A stretch of DNA of 28,622 nt from a virus. Taxonomy: Duplodnaviria; Caudoviricetes. Position numbers and translations under genes: made by a program. The notes beneath the pieces are model-generated. The model worked only from the letters and a program-made list of their open reading frames with translations, was not told the DNA's origin and made no database searches. The stretch spans positions 1 through 28,622 of the IMG/VR virus record IMGVR_UViG_3300051213_000295. One strand, written 5' to 3'. This document shows positions 1 to 8,276 of the stretch, in pieces (position 1 is the stretch's first letter; each line of letters opens with the position of its first letter).

Positions 1-375
1 CGTGGTGGTGCAAACTTCCTCGTATGTTCTCCACAAGTTGCTACAATACTTGAATCAATGCCTGGCTATGCAGTTGATGGTGAAGGTATGAAATTCGCAA
101 TGGGTGTTCAAAAAGTTGGTCAGTTGAATGGCCGTATCACAGTCTATAAGAATCCTTATATGCTCGAGAATCAAGTTCTCGTAGGTTTCCGTGGAACACA
201 ATTCCTCGAAACTGGTGCTGTGTATGCTCCATACATTCCACTTGTAATGACACCATTGGTATATGACCCAACGAACTTCACACCAAGAAAAGGCGTGATG
301 ACTCGTTATGCTAAGAAAATTGTTCGTCCAGAGTTCTATGGTCTTATCCAAATCGATTCTCTCGGTGACATATAA
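1..375 (+). CDS. Major capsid protein, T4 gp23-like (5'-truncated by window edge)
   Basis: Frame is open from base 1: RGGANFLVCSPQVATILES...VYKNPY...GAVYAPYIPL...DPTNFTPRKGVMTRYAKK, which matches the gp23-family C-terminus (YxPYxPL, FxPxxGxxTRY). Followed by a strong terminator. Confidence 0.93.
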   Translation, partial: RGGANFLVCSPQVATILESMPGYAVDGEGMKFAMGVQKVGQLNGRITVYKNPYMLENQVLVGFRGTQFLETGAVYAPYIPLVMTPLVYDPTNFTPRKGVMTRYAKKIVRPEFYGLIQIDSLGDI

Positions 376-392
376 TCTTAACAGGGTTAGTC

Positions 393-433
393 AAAATAAA
401 GGAGTGAGGTTTTCTCACTCCTTTTTTATTTTT
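393..433 (+). terminator. Intrinsic terminator after the capsid gene (possibly bidirectional)
   Basis: Stem AAAGGAGTGAG (398-408), loop GTTTT, stem CTCACTCCTTT (414-424), then a T-tract; A-tract on the 5' side. Confidence 0.9.
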
Positions 434-438
434 ATGGT

Positions 439-446
439 ATATTTAT
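439..446 (+). promoter_or_regulatory. Putative phage late promoter ATATTTAT
   Basis: Recurrent intergenic octamer, ending 33 nt before ATG 480. Confidence 0.65.
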
Positions 447-479
447 TTTTGTATATTAAAAAATAAGTGGAAAATTATT

Positions 480-1460
480 ATGAAACATTCTGGTAAGAAA
501 AAAAGATTATTTGAAGATGATGAAATCTTTGGAACAACGGATGCAATGCCTCTGAGCACTGTTCCAGCTGATGCCGCTAAGGCCGCATATAAGGGTGGAA
601 AAAAGGATGGAAGCGATACTGACGATCAAATACCATCAAAAAAGACATCGGTTGCCGCTGGAAAACTTAAACCATCACAAAAAGAAGTAGTTCCAGCAAA
701 GGCAGTTGCTTTTGCTATTTTGGCATTACTTAAAAAGGCACCAATGGAAGATGGACCAGGTGGGGATTTACAGGCGATTATATCAAATGATAACTATATC
801 ATGGATGGACACCACCGTTGGGCAGCTACTTTTTTGGTTGATCCATCTGCAACCATGCAAGCAACACAAATTGACCTTCCAGGTGCCGCACTCGTAACGG
901 CTCTTAATGTTGTTACGAAAGGTTTGGGTAGAGGTGGGAATACCGGAACAGGAGATATTTCAAAATTTGGTGGTAAGCCGGTGGAGGATGAAATAAGATT
1001 GGCTGTAGAAAATGGAATAAAAGGTGCATCTGCTGAAGAAGTAAAACAGGCATTAACTGAGTTCGGAGGATCCGTTGATGGTGCTGTTGAAAAAATGATT
1101 GCAAATGCTTCTAAAATGCCCAAGGCAATTCCAGGATGGGCACCGAATCGTGTAGATATGCCAGTAATAAATGCTCCAGAGGTTGCAACTATTGCTAAGG
1201 CGATTGCAGCCGGTGCTATTGATTTGAAAGAACCTTACGGTGATGATGTGAAATCAAAGATGGAATCTTATTATCAAATGAGAATAGGAAAGAAACCATT
1301 AACTGAAAGAACAATTAAAATACTGCGTTATTACAATAAGAAGAACCAAAAGAGATTACAAGAATCATACATAAAAAAAGTACATAAACAAAAAATTGAA
1401 GAAAAACTTTTTAGTTTAATCAAACCGATAGTTTCTGAAATACTAAAAAAAAACAAATAA
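480..1460 (+). CDS. ParB/sulfiredoxin-like N-terminal-domain protein with basic terminal tags
   Basis: LKPSQKEV...IISNDNYIMDGHHRWAA (DGHHR at 804-818) is the ParB/Srx fold signature. Lys-rich N- and C-termini are bounded by LFE, KME, LTE and LQE. Confidence 0.75.
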   Translation: MKHSGKKKRLFEDDEIFGTTDAMPLSTVPADAAKAAYKGGKKDGSDTDDQIPSKKTSVAAGKLKPSQKEVVPAKAVAFAILALLKKAPMEDGPGGDLQAIISNDNYIMDGHHRWAATFLVDPSATMQATQIDLPGAALVTALNVVTKGLGRGGNTGTGDISKFGGKPVEDEIRLAVENGIKGASAEEVKQALTEFGGSVDGAVEKMIANASKMPKAIPGWAPNRVDMPVINAPEVATIAKAIAAGAIDLKEPYGDDVKSKMESYYQMRIGKKPLTERTIKILRYYNKKNQKRLQESYIKKVHKQKIEEKLFSLIKPIVSEILKKNK

Positions 1461-1486
1461 AAAATAAGTGATTAAATAATTTTAAT

Positions 1487-1523
1487 ATAAACCCTACTAT
1501 TAACGGTAGGGTTTTTTATTTTT
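1487..1523 (+). terminator. Intrinsic terminator
   Basis: Stem AAACCCTAC (1489-1497) / GTAGGGTTT (1506-1514), followed by TTTATTTTT. Confidence 0.88.
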
Positions 1524-1528
1524 ATGTG

Positions 1529-1536
1529 ATATTTAT
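1529..1536 (+). promoter_or_regulatory. Putative phage late promoter ATATTTAT
   Basis: Ends 34 nt before ATG 1571; context nearly identical to the 439 copy. Confidence 0.65.
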
Positions 1537-1570
1537 TGTAAACTGTATGAATTATTTTTATGGAGCCGAT

Positions 1571-2917
1571 ATGTCAAACAATCGTAAACAAAAAAACACT
1601 CTGAAATACCTTATGAACGAAGTTATTTCAGAAAAAAGATTATCACAAAAAATCAATGCCAATACTATTAAATTCACATCATTAGATGAATCTGCAATAA
1701 ATTCATTATTGTCATCAAACTTATTTACAGTAAATGAGTCTAAGGCAATGCGTATTCTTTTTTCAAAAACAAAAACTAAATCATTGAACGAATCTGTGAT
1801 TAAGAAGTTAGATAAAAGTGTAAACACATTGATTGAAGCAAATGACGGTGATACAGTATTGATTGAAGGATTTTTTGGAGACATTTGGGATGGTCTAAAA
1901 GGTCTTGGTGATAAGGCAAAAGAGGCACTATCTGGTGGTTGGGGTAAGGTTAAGGCGATATGGGGAGAATTTACAGAATTGGTAACAGAAGTTGCTTCTG
2001 CGTGTAAAGATGGTTTGACAAAGGCATTTTCTTCATTTGCAGATAAAGCAAAAGGTGCTTCTGCTAAAGTTACCGATGCTGCAAAGGATTTGGGTAGTAA
2101 GATTACAGACAAAAATGCTTTCGCTAAAGAAGTAAAAGAACTCAATGATTCGGTTACTTATATTACTAAAACATTTTTTGATAAATGGGTTGCTAAACCA
2201 ACATGGGAAAAGGATATGATTGCCGGTAGTGTTGCACCAACAGAAGATGTTAAAGTTGATGCTGCAAAGGCAGAAGACGGATTGGAGGATTTGGCGAAAA
2301 TGGAATCCGTAAATAAGATGAAATTGAATCTTATCAAAGAAAGAAACAATTTCCTTTCAAACGAAGATGTGATAAAAGAATTATACAGAAGTTCAGATGC
2401 TAGAGCATTCCTTATGGAAGGTGGTGGATTTGCTCACCTTGAAGGTGCTATCAAGAATCCTTTTTTGAAAGGTGTAGTTGAGTGGGGTATCAAGATATTG
2501 CAGGCAATTTTCATTCCACTTGCAAAGGTTGCTCAAATCGTTGCTGGTTTGGTTGGTAAAGAGTTGTTGAAGAAATTCTCAGAAGCAGTTAAATTGATGG
2601 GTGGTCCTGGTATATTTGCCTTTGTAGTTATAGGCGGATTGCTTTCGGAAGTAATTGAAATTGCTGTCAAATCAGTAACACCAAACGGTCCTGCTATTGC
2701 GGCGATGTTCATACCTGGTTTAGCACCAATAGTTCTTGCTGCTCAAGGATTGATTACCACAGTAAAGGCAGTATTGACTATCTATACTGTTGCAACTATA
2801 TTCATAAATGTTGTTCCTGTTCTTCAAAAAAGTGGTGGTGCGGCACCTGCGGCTGAATCATACAATCCAAAGGGTGAGTTTAAGATTCAAGACGGCAATC
2901 TTGTATATGTGAAATAA
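1571..2917 (+). CDS. Hypothetical protein with an amphipathic central domain and C-terminal hydrophobic helices (possible virion-packaged membrane protein)
   Basis: Start moved from 1526 to ATG 1571 (GGAG at 1562-1565). Several hydrophobic segments (ILQAIFIPLA, IFAFVVIGGLL, IAAMFIPGLAPIVLAA, VLTIYTVATIFINVVPVL) and many LxE motifs. Confidence 0.7.
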   Translation: MSNNRKQKNTLKYLMNEVISEKRLSQKINANTIKFTSLDESAINSLLSSNLFTVNESKAMRILFSKTKTKSLNESVIKKLDKSVNTLIEANDGDTVLIEGFFGDIWDGLKGLGDKAKEALSGGWGKVKAIWGEFTELVTEVASACKDGLTKAFSSFADKAKGASAKVTDAAKDLGSKITDKNAFAKEVKELNDSVTYITKTFFDKWVAKPTWEKDMIAGSVAPTEDVKVDAAKAEDGLEDLAKMESVNKMKLNLIKERNNFLSNEDVIKELYRSSDARAFLMEGGGFAHLEGAIKNPFLKGVVEWGIKILQAIFIPLAKVAQIVAGLVGKELLKKFSEAVKLMGGPGIFAFVVIGGLLSEVIEIAVKSVTPNGPAIAAMFIPGLAPIVLAAQGLITTVKAVLTIYTVATIFINVVPVLQKSGGAAPAAESYNPKGEFKIQDGNLVYVK

Positions 2918-2934
2918 TTTAATTGGATAATATA

Positions 2935-3684
2935 ATGAAAAAGAAAAAGTCAATCAGAACTATAACCGAATCCGAATTACACCGTATCATCAGAAACGAA
3001 GTAATGCGTTATTTGAAAGAAGAGGAGGAAGTAGATAAAGAAGCAGAAAAAGAATTTGGTGATGCACTTGCCGCGTCAATGGGTGATATTACATCAACAC
3101 TCGGCAAAGTTCCAGGTGAAATTGAAAAAGTAGAAGCTGACAAAGAAAAGGCAGCTGATGTATTGAAAAAGGAACCAGAACTTGCTAAACTTGCAACCGA
3201 AGCGGTAAGAAGAAGAAAAAAGGCATTGAAAGAAGGTAGAAAGAAGGATGCATTAAATGAAGTTGGTCCTCTTTTATTTATTGGTTTGGCCATGGCAATT
3301 CCTGCTCTAACTCAAATAGTTGGTAAAATGGTAAAAACCATTTCACAAAAAATGGGTGGAACTGGTGAAGCTGGTGAAAAAATTGCTCATGTTGGACACC
3401 ATATGCATGAAAAAATGGTTCAAATGATTAGAAAGGGAATGGATGCTACTTTGAGTAAATGGAAACGATACAATGACCTTGACGATGCTACAAAAAATAA
3501 ACTAGCAGAAGGTATTCAAATGTTGGTGGTCGCAACACTTGCATATTCATCGGGTGCAGGTGCTGTGGATGCCCTGAGCAAAGGTGGTCATGCACTTGCC
3601 GGAATTGAAGGTGCTCTAACGGCAGTTAAAGCTGGTGAAATTAAAGGATTCTTGATAGATTTAATAAAAACAACTATTGGTTAA
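2935..3684 (+). CDS. Hypothetical protein with N-terminal ITESEL..II..EV..YLKE tag and hydrophobic helices
   Basis: ATG 2935 with GGA at 2925 preferred over TTG 2923. Hydrophobic segments LLFIGLAMAIPAL and MLVVATLAYSSGAGAV; His cluster HVGHHMHE. Confidence 0.7.
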   Translation: MKKKKSIRTITESELHRIIRNEVMRYLKEEEEVDKEAEKEFGDALAASMGDITSTLGKVPGEIEKVEADKEKAADVLKKEPELAKLATEAVRRRKKALKEGRKKDALNEVGPLLFIGLAMAIPALTQIVGKMVKTISQKMGGTGEAGEKIAHVGHHMHEKMVQMIRKGMDATLSKWKRYNDLDDATKNKLAEGIQMLVVATLAYSSGAGAVDALSKGGHALAGIEGALTAVKAGEIKGFLIDLIKTTIG

Positions 3685-3704
3685 TTCTTACTAAAATAAT
3701 TTTT

Positions 3705-3739
3705 AATAAAGGGTGACATTCGTTACCCTTTTTTATTTT
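3705..3739 (+). terminator. Intrinsic terminator
   Basis: Stem AAAGGGTGAC (3708-3717), loop ATTC, stem GTTACCCTTT (3722-3731), then a T-tract. Confidence 0.88.
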
Positions 3740-3746
3740 CTAATTG

Positions 3747-3754
3747 CTATTTAT
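3747..3754 (+). promoter_or_regulatory. Putative late promoter variant CTATTTAT (only 5 nt before ATG)
   Basis: TATTTAT-TACAA-ATG; no SD between the motif and start 3760. Confidence 0.5.
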
Positions 3755-3759
3755 TACAA

Positions 3760-4359
3760 ATGGAAACTCAAATTCAATATATTGACATAATAAAATTGGC
3801 GGTATCCAGTATGGCAACACTTCTCGGTGTTTTCCTATCTTGGTTCCTCAAATACAAGTACGGTGAATACAAACAAAAAAAGATTGACCGAGAGATTTCT
3901 CATTCCAAACTAATCCAAACCATATTAGACCAACTGTTAGAAGAATACAACTGTCAGCGTGCATTTATTCTTCAAAGACACAACGGTGGTAAATACAAAA
4001 CAGGCAAATCAATGACCAAACTCTCAACATCATTCGAGGCACTCGAAGAAGGTGTTAGTACAGAGTTCAAGCAATATCAAAACTTACCGATGTCACTTTA
4101 TTCCAACTTTGTAGAAGATGTAGTAAATCATAAGGCGGTATATCCTGTTGTAGATAATATAGAGGACTTAATAACTAAAGCATTTTTTTCACAGAGAGGG
4201 TCTAAATCAGCGGTAGTATATCCGATAAAAAAAGGTTCGGAGTTTATTGCCATTGTAGGTTTTGAATGGACCCATAAGGCCGAGAAGTTGGATGCTATAA
4301 TATCCAAGATTGAAGCCGATGTAAAATCTATGGGAGACACCCTTTCTAAATTATTATAG
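3760..4359 (+). CDS. Single-TM, GAF-like domain protein (possible T4 T-type holin analogue)
   Basis: N-terminal TM (LAVSSMATLLGVFLSWFL) then a GAF-like pattern LEEYNCQRAFILQRHNGG...SAVVYPIKKGSEFIAIVGFEW. Confidence 0.55.
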   Translation: METQIQYIDIIKLAVSSMATLLGVFLSWFLKYKYGEYKQKKIDREISHSKLIQTILDQLLEEYNCQRAFILQRHNGGKYKTGKSMTKLSTSFEALEEGVSTEFKQYQNLPMSLYSNFVEDVVNHKAVYPVVDNIEDLITKAFFSQRGSKSAVVYPIKKGSEFIAIVGFEWTHKAEKLDAIISKIEADVKSMGDTLSKLL

Positions 4360-4367
4360 GAGCCGGT

Positions 4368-5117
4368 ATGAGTTCTGAATATAACGAGGAAACAGATAAC
4401 AAACAAAATTTGTTGAGTGAAGAAGAAAGTTCAAGTCTAAATACATCAGGAATAAAAAAAGGAAGAAAAACGATAAAAAATAAAATACAGTTCCAATTAA
4501 CATTGAACGAAGAACAAAAGAGAATAAAAGCTGATGCTCTTCGTGATGATATATCAGTGTTTGTTGGTAAAGCCGGCTCTGGAAAAACATTATTAGCAAC
4601 ACAGATTGCTCTCGAATGTTTCTTTTATCGTGAAGTTGAAAAGATAATAATAACAAGACCAACGGTATCTAATGAAGACTTGGGATTTCTTCCAGGTAAT
4701 ATAAAAGAAAAAATGGATCCTTGGTTGTCTCCTATACAAGCGAATATGTTTCAACTGTATCACAAAGAAAAGATTGAAAAGTTAATGGCTGAAGACAAAA
4801 TAGAAATTGCTCCTATATCTTTTCTTCGTGGTAGAACATTTGTAAATGCCTGTGTTATCGTTGATGAATCACAAAATGTAACAAAGGCACAAATGGAAAT
4901 GATATTATCTCGTCTTGGTATAAACTCAAAGATGATGCTTACCGGTGATATATCACAAATAGATCTAAAACAGAAAAAAGATTCTGGACTCCCATATTTA
5001 TTTAATATGAAAGACAAAATACAAGGATTAGGGGTTTATGAATTGAAAACAAACCACCGTCATCCTATTGTTGACGATATATTAAAGTATTTTGAAGAAA
5101 ATAAATCCGAGAAGTAA
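4368..5117 (+). CDS. phoH: PhoH-family ATPase
   Basis: Walker A GKAGSGKT (4566-4589), ITRP, LGFLPG, FLRGRTF, DESQN, GDISQID, HRHPIV; GGAG SD at 4359-4362. Confidence 0.95.
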   Translation: MSSEYNEETDNKQNLLSEEESSSLNTSGIKKGRKTIKNKIQFQLTLNEEQKRIKADALRDDISVFVGKAGSGKTLLATQIALECFFYREVEKIIITRPTVSNEDLGFLPGNIKEKMDPWLSPIQANMFQLYHKEKIEKLMAEDKIEIAPISFLRGRTFVNACVIVDESQNVTKAQMEMILSRLGINSKMMLTGDISQIDLKQKKDSGLPYLFNMKDKIQGLGVYELKTNHRHPIVDDILKYFEENKSEK

Positions 5118-6248
5118 ATGGTAGAAATTCCAATTTGGCCTGGTTCGAGTAGTTTTACAACCGGTAGTACACCGTTTGGTACATTCGATAGTGATGCCAG
5201 TTTTCAAACAGATGCGGATGCATTTGCAGACTGGTGTGCAAAAAGACTAGGTTATCCTATTGTTGATGTTGAATTACAAGCTGTTAATTTTTATACCTGT
5301 CTTGAAGAAGCTGTGTATGAGTATTCATATCATGTAAATCAATTCAATATCCAACAAAATTTATTAAGTTTGATGGGATCATCAACAAGTAATAATCTAA
5401 CCCATAGAAATATATCAACTAATATGGGTGGTCTTATACAACTGGCAACCGAATACGGAAGTGAAACTTTTACAAACGGTAATGTTAAGTTCTATTCATC
5501 ATCTATTGATATACAGACTGGAAAACAGAAATACAACTTAGATACATTGATTCGTGATATAAAAGTGCCAAGTGGTTCAATAGAGATAAAAAGAGTTCAT
5601 CACTATTCACCACCGGCATCCATTAGATTTTATGATCCATATTTAGGTAATCAGGCAATGCTTGATACCTTTGGATTTGGTGCATATTCTACTGGTGTAT
5701 CATTCATGTTGATGCCTATGTATGCAGATTTACTTCGTGTTCAGGCGATAGAATTTAATGACATGATGCGTAAATCTGCCTTTACATTTGAATTGATAAA
5801 CAATGAACTTCGTATATTTCCACTTCCAGTTAAGGATTTTAAGTTGTGGATTGAATATATTGTAAAAGAAGAGCGAAGTAATCCATTAAAATATCCTATC
5901 GGTCAAGTATCAGATATGTCAAATGCACCGTATGATTATATGGTGTATTCCGAAATAAATGCTCCTGGAAAAACTTGGATATATTCATTTGGTCTTGCAT
6001 TGGCAAAAGAAATGTTGGGTTATATTCGTGGAAAGTATGGTAGTATACCGATACCAAATGGTGAAACATCACTAAATGCTGCTGATTTGTTATCTGCTGC
6101 TACTACGGAAAAACAAGCATTAGTTCAAGAACTTAGAACTATGTTAGATACAATGACAAGAAGTAAACTATTAGAAGCGAAAAGATTAGAAACTGAGGCA
6201 TTGGCTGCCAGTCTCAATGGAACACCTTTGGCAATTTACATAGGATAA
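5118..6248 (+). CDS. Neck / head-tail adaptor protein (gp13-like)
   Basis: KRLGYPIVDVEL and ALAKEMLGYIRGKY...IP.PNG...LN motifs, C-terminal PLAIYIG; lies upstream of the tail genes. Confidence 0.8.
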   Translation: MVEIPIWPGSSSFTTGSTPFGTFDSDASFQTDADAFADWCAKRLGYPIVDVELQAVNFYTCLEEAVYEYSYHVNQFNIQQNLLSLMGSSTSNNLTHRNISTNMGGLIQLATEYGSETFTNGNVKFYSSSIDIQTGKQKYNLDTLIRDIKVPSGSIEIKRVHHYSPPASIRFYDPYLGNQAMLDTFGFGAYSTGVSFMLMPMYADLLRVQAIEFNDMMRKSAFTFELINNELRIFPLPVKDFKLWIEYIVKEERSNPLKYPIGQVSDMSNAPYDYMVYSEINAPGKTWIYSFGLALAKEMLGYIRGKYGSIPIPNGETSLNAADLLSAATTEKQALVQELRTMLDTMTRSKLLEAKRLETEALAASLNGTPLAIYIG

Positions 6249-6252
6249 TAAT

Positions 6253-6777
6253 ATGCCATTATTTCACGGACAAAGAGATGCCAGTCTTGTTCATAAATTG
6301 AACATGGAATTGGTAGCAGATATAATAGACACGGAAGTTGCTGTGTATAAACTTTCTTTGGAAAATACAAAAACAAATCTGTATAATGAATCGGATAAGA
6401 AAGTTTACCATAGTCCTGTTAAAATACCAGCATTGATAGATTACCAGGCACAAACTTACGAGGGTACTGAATTTGGTCAAGACTTCCAACAAGCCGCTAC
6501 TTTTGCTTTTATTAGAGAGTTTTTGAAAGATGTTGAGATTTTTATAGAAGTAGGTGATGTGGTAGAGTACAATGGAGAGTGGTGGGAAATTGACCAAGTT
6601 CAAGAAAATCAATTTTTTGGTGGAAAAAATCCTGACTATTCTTTTGCTACTGAAAGATGGGGACATAACGTTTCCATAGTAGCAACAACACACTTAACAA
6701 GACGTTCAAGAATACATATAGAAGAATTTAGACCAGCAATAACAACCAATCACAATGATATTCCGAGTAACATATAA
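6253..6777 (+). CDS. Head-closure / neck protein (gp14-like)
   Basis: NLYNES, EFG and IEVGDVVEYNGEWWEIDQV beta-rich pattern; follows the gp13-like gene. Confidence 0.65.
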   Translation: MPLFHGQRDASLVHKLNMELVADIIDTEVAVYKLSLENTKTNLYNESDKKVYHSPVKIPALIDYQAQTYEGTEFGQDFQQAATFAFIREFLKDVEIFIEVGDVVEYNGEWWEIDQVQENQFFGGKNPDYSFATERWGHNVSIVATTHLTRRSRIHIEEFRPAITTNHNDIPSNI

Positions 6778-7841
6778 TGGTTAATTCTGCAAAATATAGA
6801 AAACCATCGATAAGAAGAACTCGTGATTCCTTTATCGATGATGTCCGTTCAGAACAACACCCAAGACAAGATTTGGGTAAAGGAAGACATCTACAAACTC
6901 GTAGAGATAAGGATAAAACAAAAAGTGTATCTATAACTCTTTATGATATAGATTTTTCTGTTAAATCTTTTATCGAACAAAAGATGATGTTGCGTGTTGA
7001 AGACAGTGGTGAATCTATTGTTGTTCCTGTAATTTATGCAAATTCTGAAAAATGGGCATCAATACAAAAAGATGGTTTCTTAAAAGATAAGAAAGGTAAA
7101 ACTATAATACCATTGATAACATTCAGACGATCAAATGTTGCTATAAAACAAGAAATGCGTAGAAATAAAGTTGCAACCACAAATCAACTTTATTATGTAA
7201 TGCAACATAGATACAATAGAATGACACCGTATGACAGATTTACCACACAGTATGAAAGAAAACCATCGTATGAGTATTATGTAACTCCTATGCCAGATTT
7301 TGTTGATGTTACATATGACTTTATAGTTTGGTGTGAATATCAAAATCAACTCAATCATATACTTGAACAGTTCGTTCATTTTAATGGTCAGGCATTTGGC
7401 GATAAGAACTACTATAAGTTTTCAACATATATGGATTCTATGGGTATTGAAGATAATAATACAACTGGACAGGATCGTGTAGTTCGTTCAAGTTTCCAAT
7501 TAACAGTTCATGGTTATTTGATACCGAAAGATGTTGGTGCAGATACAACAACAAAAAGAGTTATTAGTGCAAATAAAATTAGGTTTGTATCTGAATTGTT
7601 TGGTGACATTAACAGTATGATGAATCCAAATGGTGTAAATTATTACGGTTCAACAAATGAATTAAATGCGAGGTTTAGAGGTGCAAATCAAGCTGATGCA
7701 GAAAGAGGTAGATTCAGAAGTCAGAATGATGATGGATCAGAATCACTTGCTGCATTTAGACGTAGAGTTGCACAGATGGTGGATATATCTTTGTCTAGAT
7801 CTGCAGATGTTTATACAACTGAAATAGATGATACAGATTAA
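6777..7841 (+). CDS. Tail completion / sheath stabiliser (gp15-like)
   Basis: VPVIYANSEKW, IIPLITFRR, P.FVDVTYDFIVW..YQNQLN.ILEQ; TAATG overlap with the upstream gene. Confidence 0.7.
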   Translation: MVNSAKYRKPSIRRTRDSFIDDVRSEQHPRQDLGKGRHLQTRRDKDKTKSVSITLYDIDFSVKSFIEQKMMLRVEDSGESIVVPVIYANSEKWASIQKDGFLKDKKGKTIIPLITFRRSNVAIKQEMRRNKVATTNQLYYVMQHRYNRMTPYDRFTTQYERKPSYEYYVTPMPDFVDVTYDFIVWCEYQNQLNHILEQFVHFNGQAFGDKNYYKFSTYMDSMGIEDNNTTGQDRVVRSSFQLTVHGYLIPKDVGADTTTKRVISANKIRFVSELFGDINSMMNPNGVNYYGSTNELNARFRGANQADAERGRFRSQNDDGSESLAAFRRRVAQMVDISLSRSADVYTTEIDDTD

Positions 7842-7865
7842 ATTGTATTTCAAGAATTTTAATAC

Positions 7866-7873
7866 ATATTTAT
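7866..7873 (+). promoter_or_regulatory. Putative phage late promoter ATATTTAT
   Basis: Ends 36 nt before ATG 7910. Confidence 0.6.
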
Positions 7874-7909
7874 CTATGTTACATTTTTTATTTTTAAGTG
7901 AGGTTTTAT

Positions 7910-8209
7910 ATGTCAGAGAATACTGAAAACATTATCGTAGAGAAAGAATTTGATCAAGAAGACATTGGAACGGTTAAGGGATTGCAAACAAGTTATGCCA
8001 GAGTTACCGCACAAATTGGACAGGTCGAAATAGAGTTACATTTACTGAATAAACGATTAACTCAAATGCAGGAGTTAAGAGAAAAACTATTTACAGAGTA
8101 TTCCAATCTACAAACACAAGAAAATGATTTGGTTAAAGACTTAAATGATAAATATGGTGATGGTGTTTTAGATTTGGATTCTGGTAAATTTATTCCATCT
8201 AAATCATAA
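7910..8209 (+). CDS. Small coiled-coil hypothetical protein
   Basis: ATG 7910 with GAGG at 7900-7903; heptad-rich body; C-terminal LNDKYGDGVLDLDSGKFIP. Confidence 0.75.
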   Translation: MSENTENIIVEKEFDQEDIGTVKGLQTSYARVTAQIGQVEIELHLLNKRLTQMQELREKLFTEYSNLQTQENDLVKDLNDKYGDGVLDLDSGKFIPSKS

Positions 8210-8226
8210 TTTGGATTTTTTGTTTC

Positions 8227-8234
8227 ATATTTAT
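8227..8234 (+). promoter_or_regulatory. Putative phage late promoter ATATTTAT
   Basis: Ends 42 nt before the sheath GTG at 8277. Confidence 0.65.
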
Positions 8235-8276
8235 ATGCAGAATACAATACATTCTATAATTTTATGGAGATAATAA

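Noticed and set aside
1526-1570. Longer ORF-track starts (1526; likewise 2923, 7898, 26362)
   Set aside because: They overlap promoter or SD elements or the upstream gene; downstream ATGs at 1571, 2935, 7910 and 26401 have an SD or stop-start coupling.
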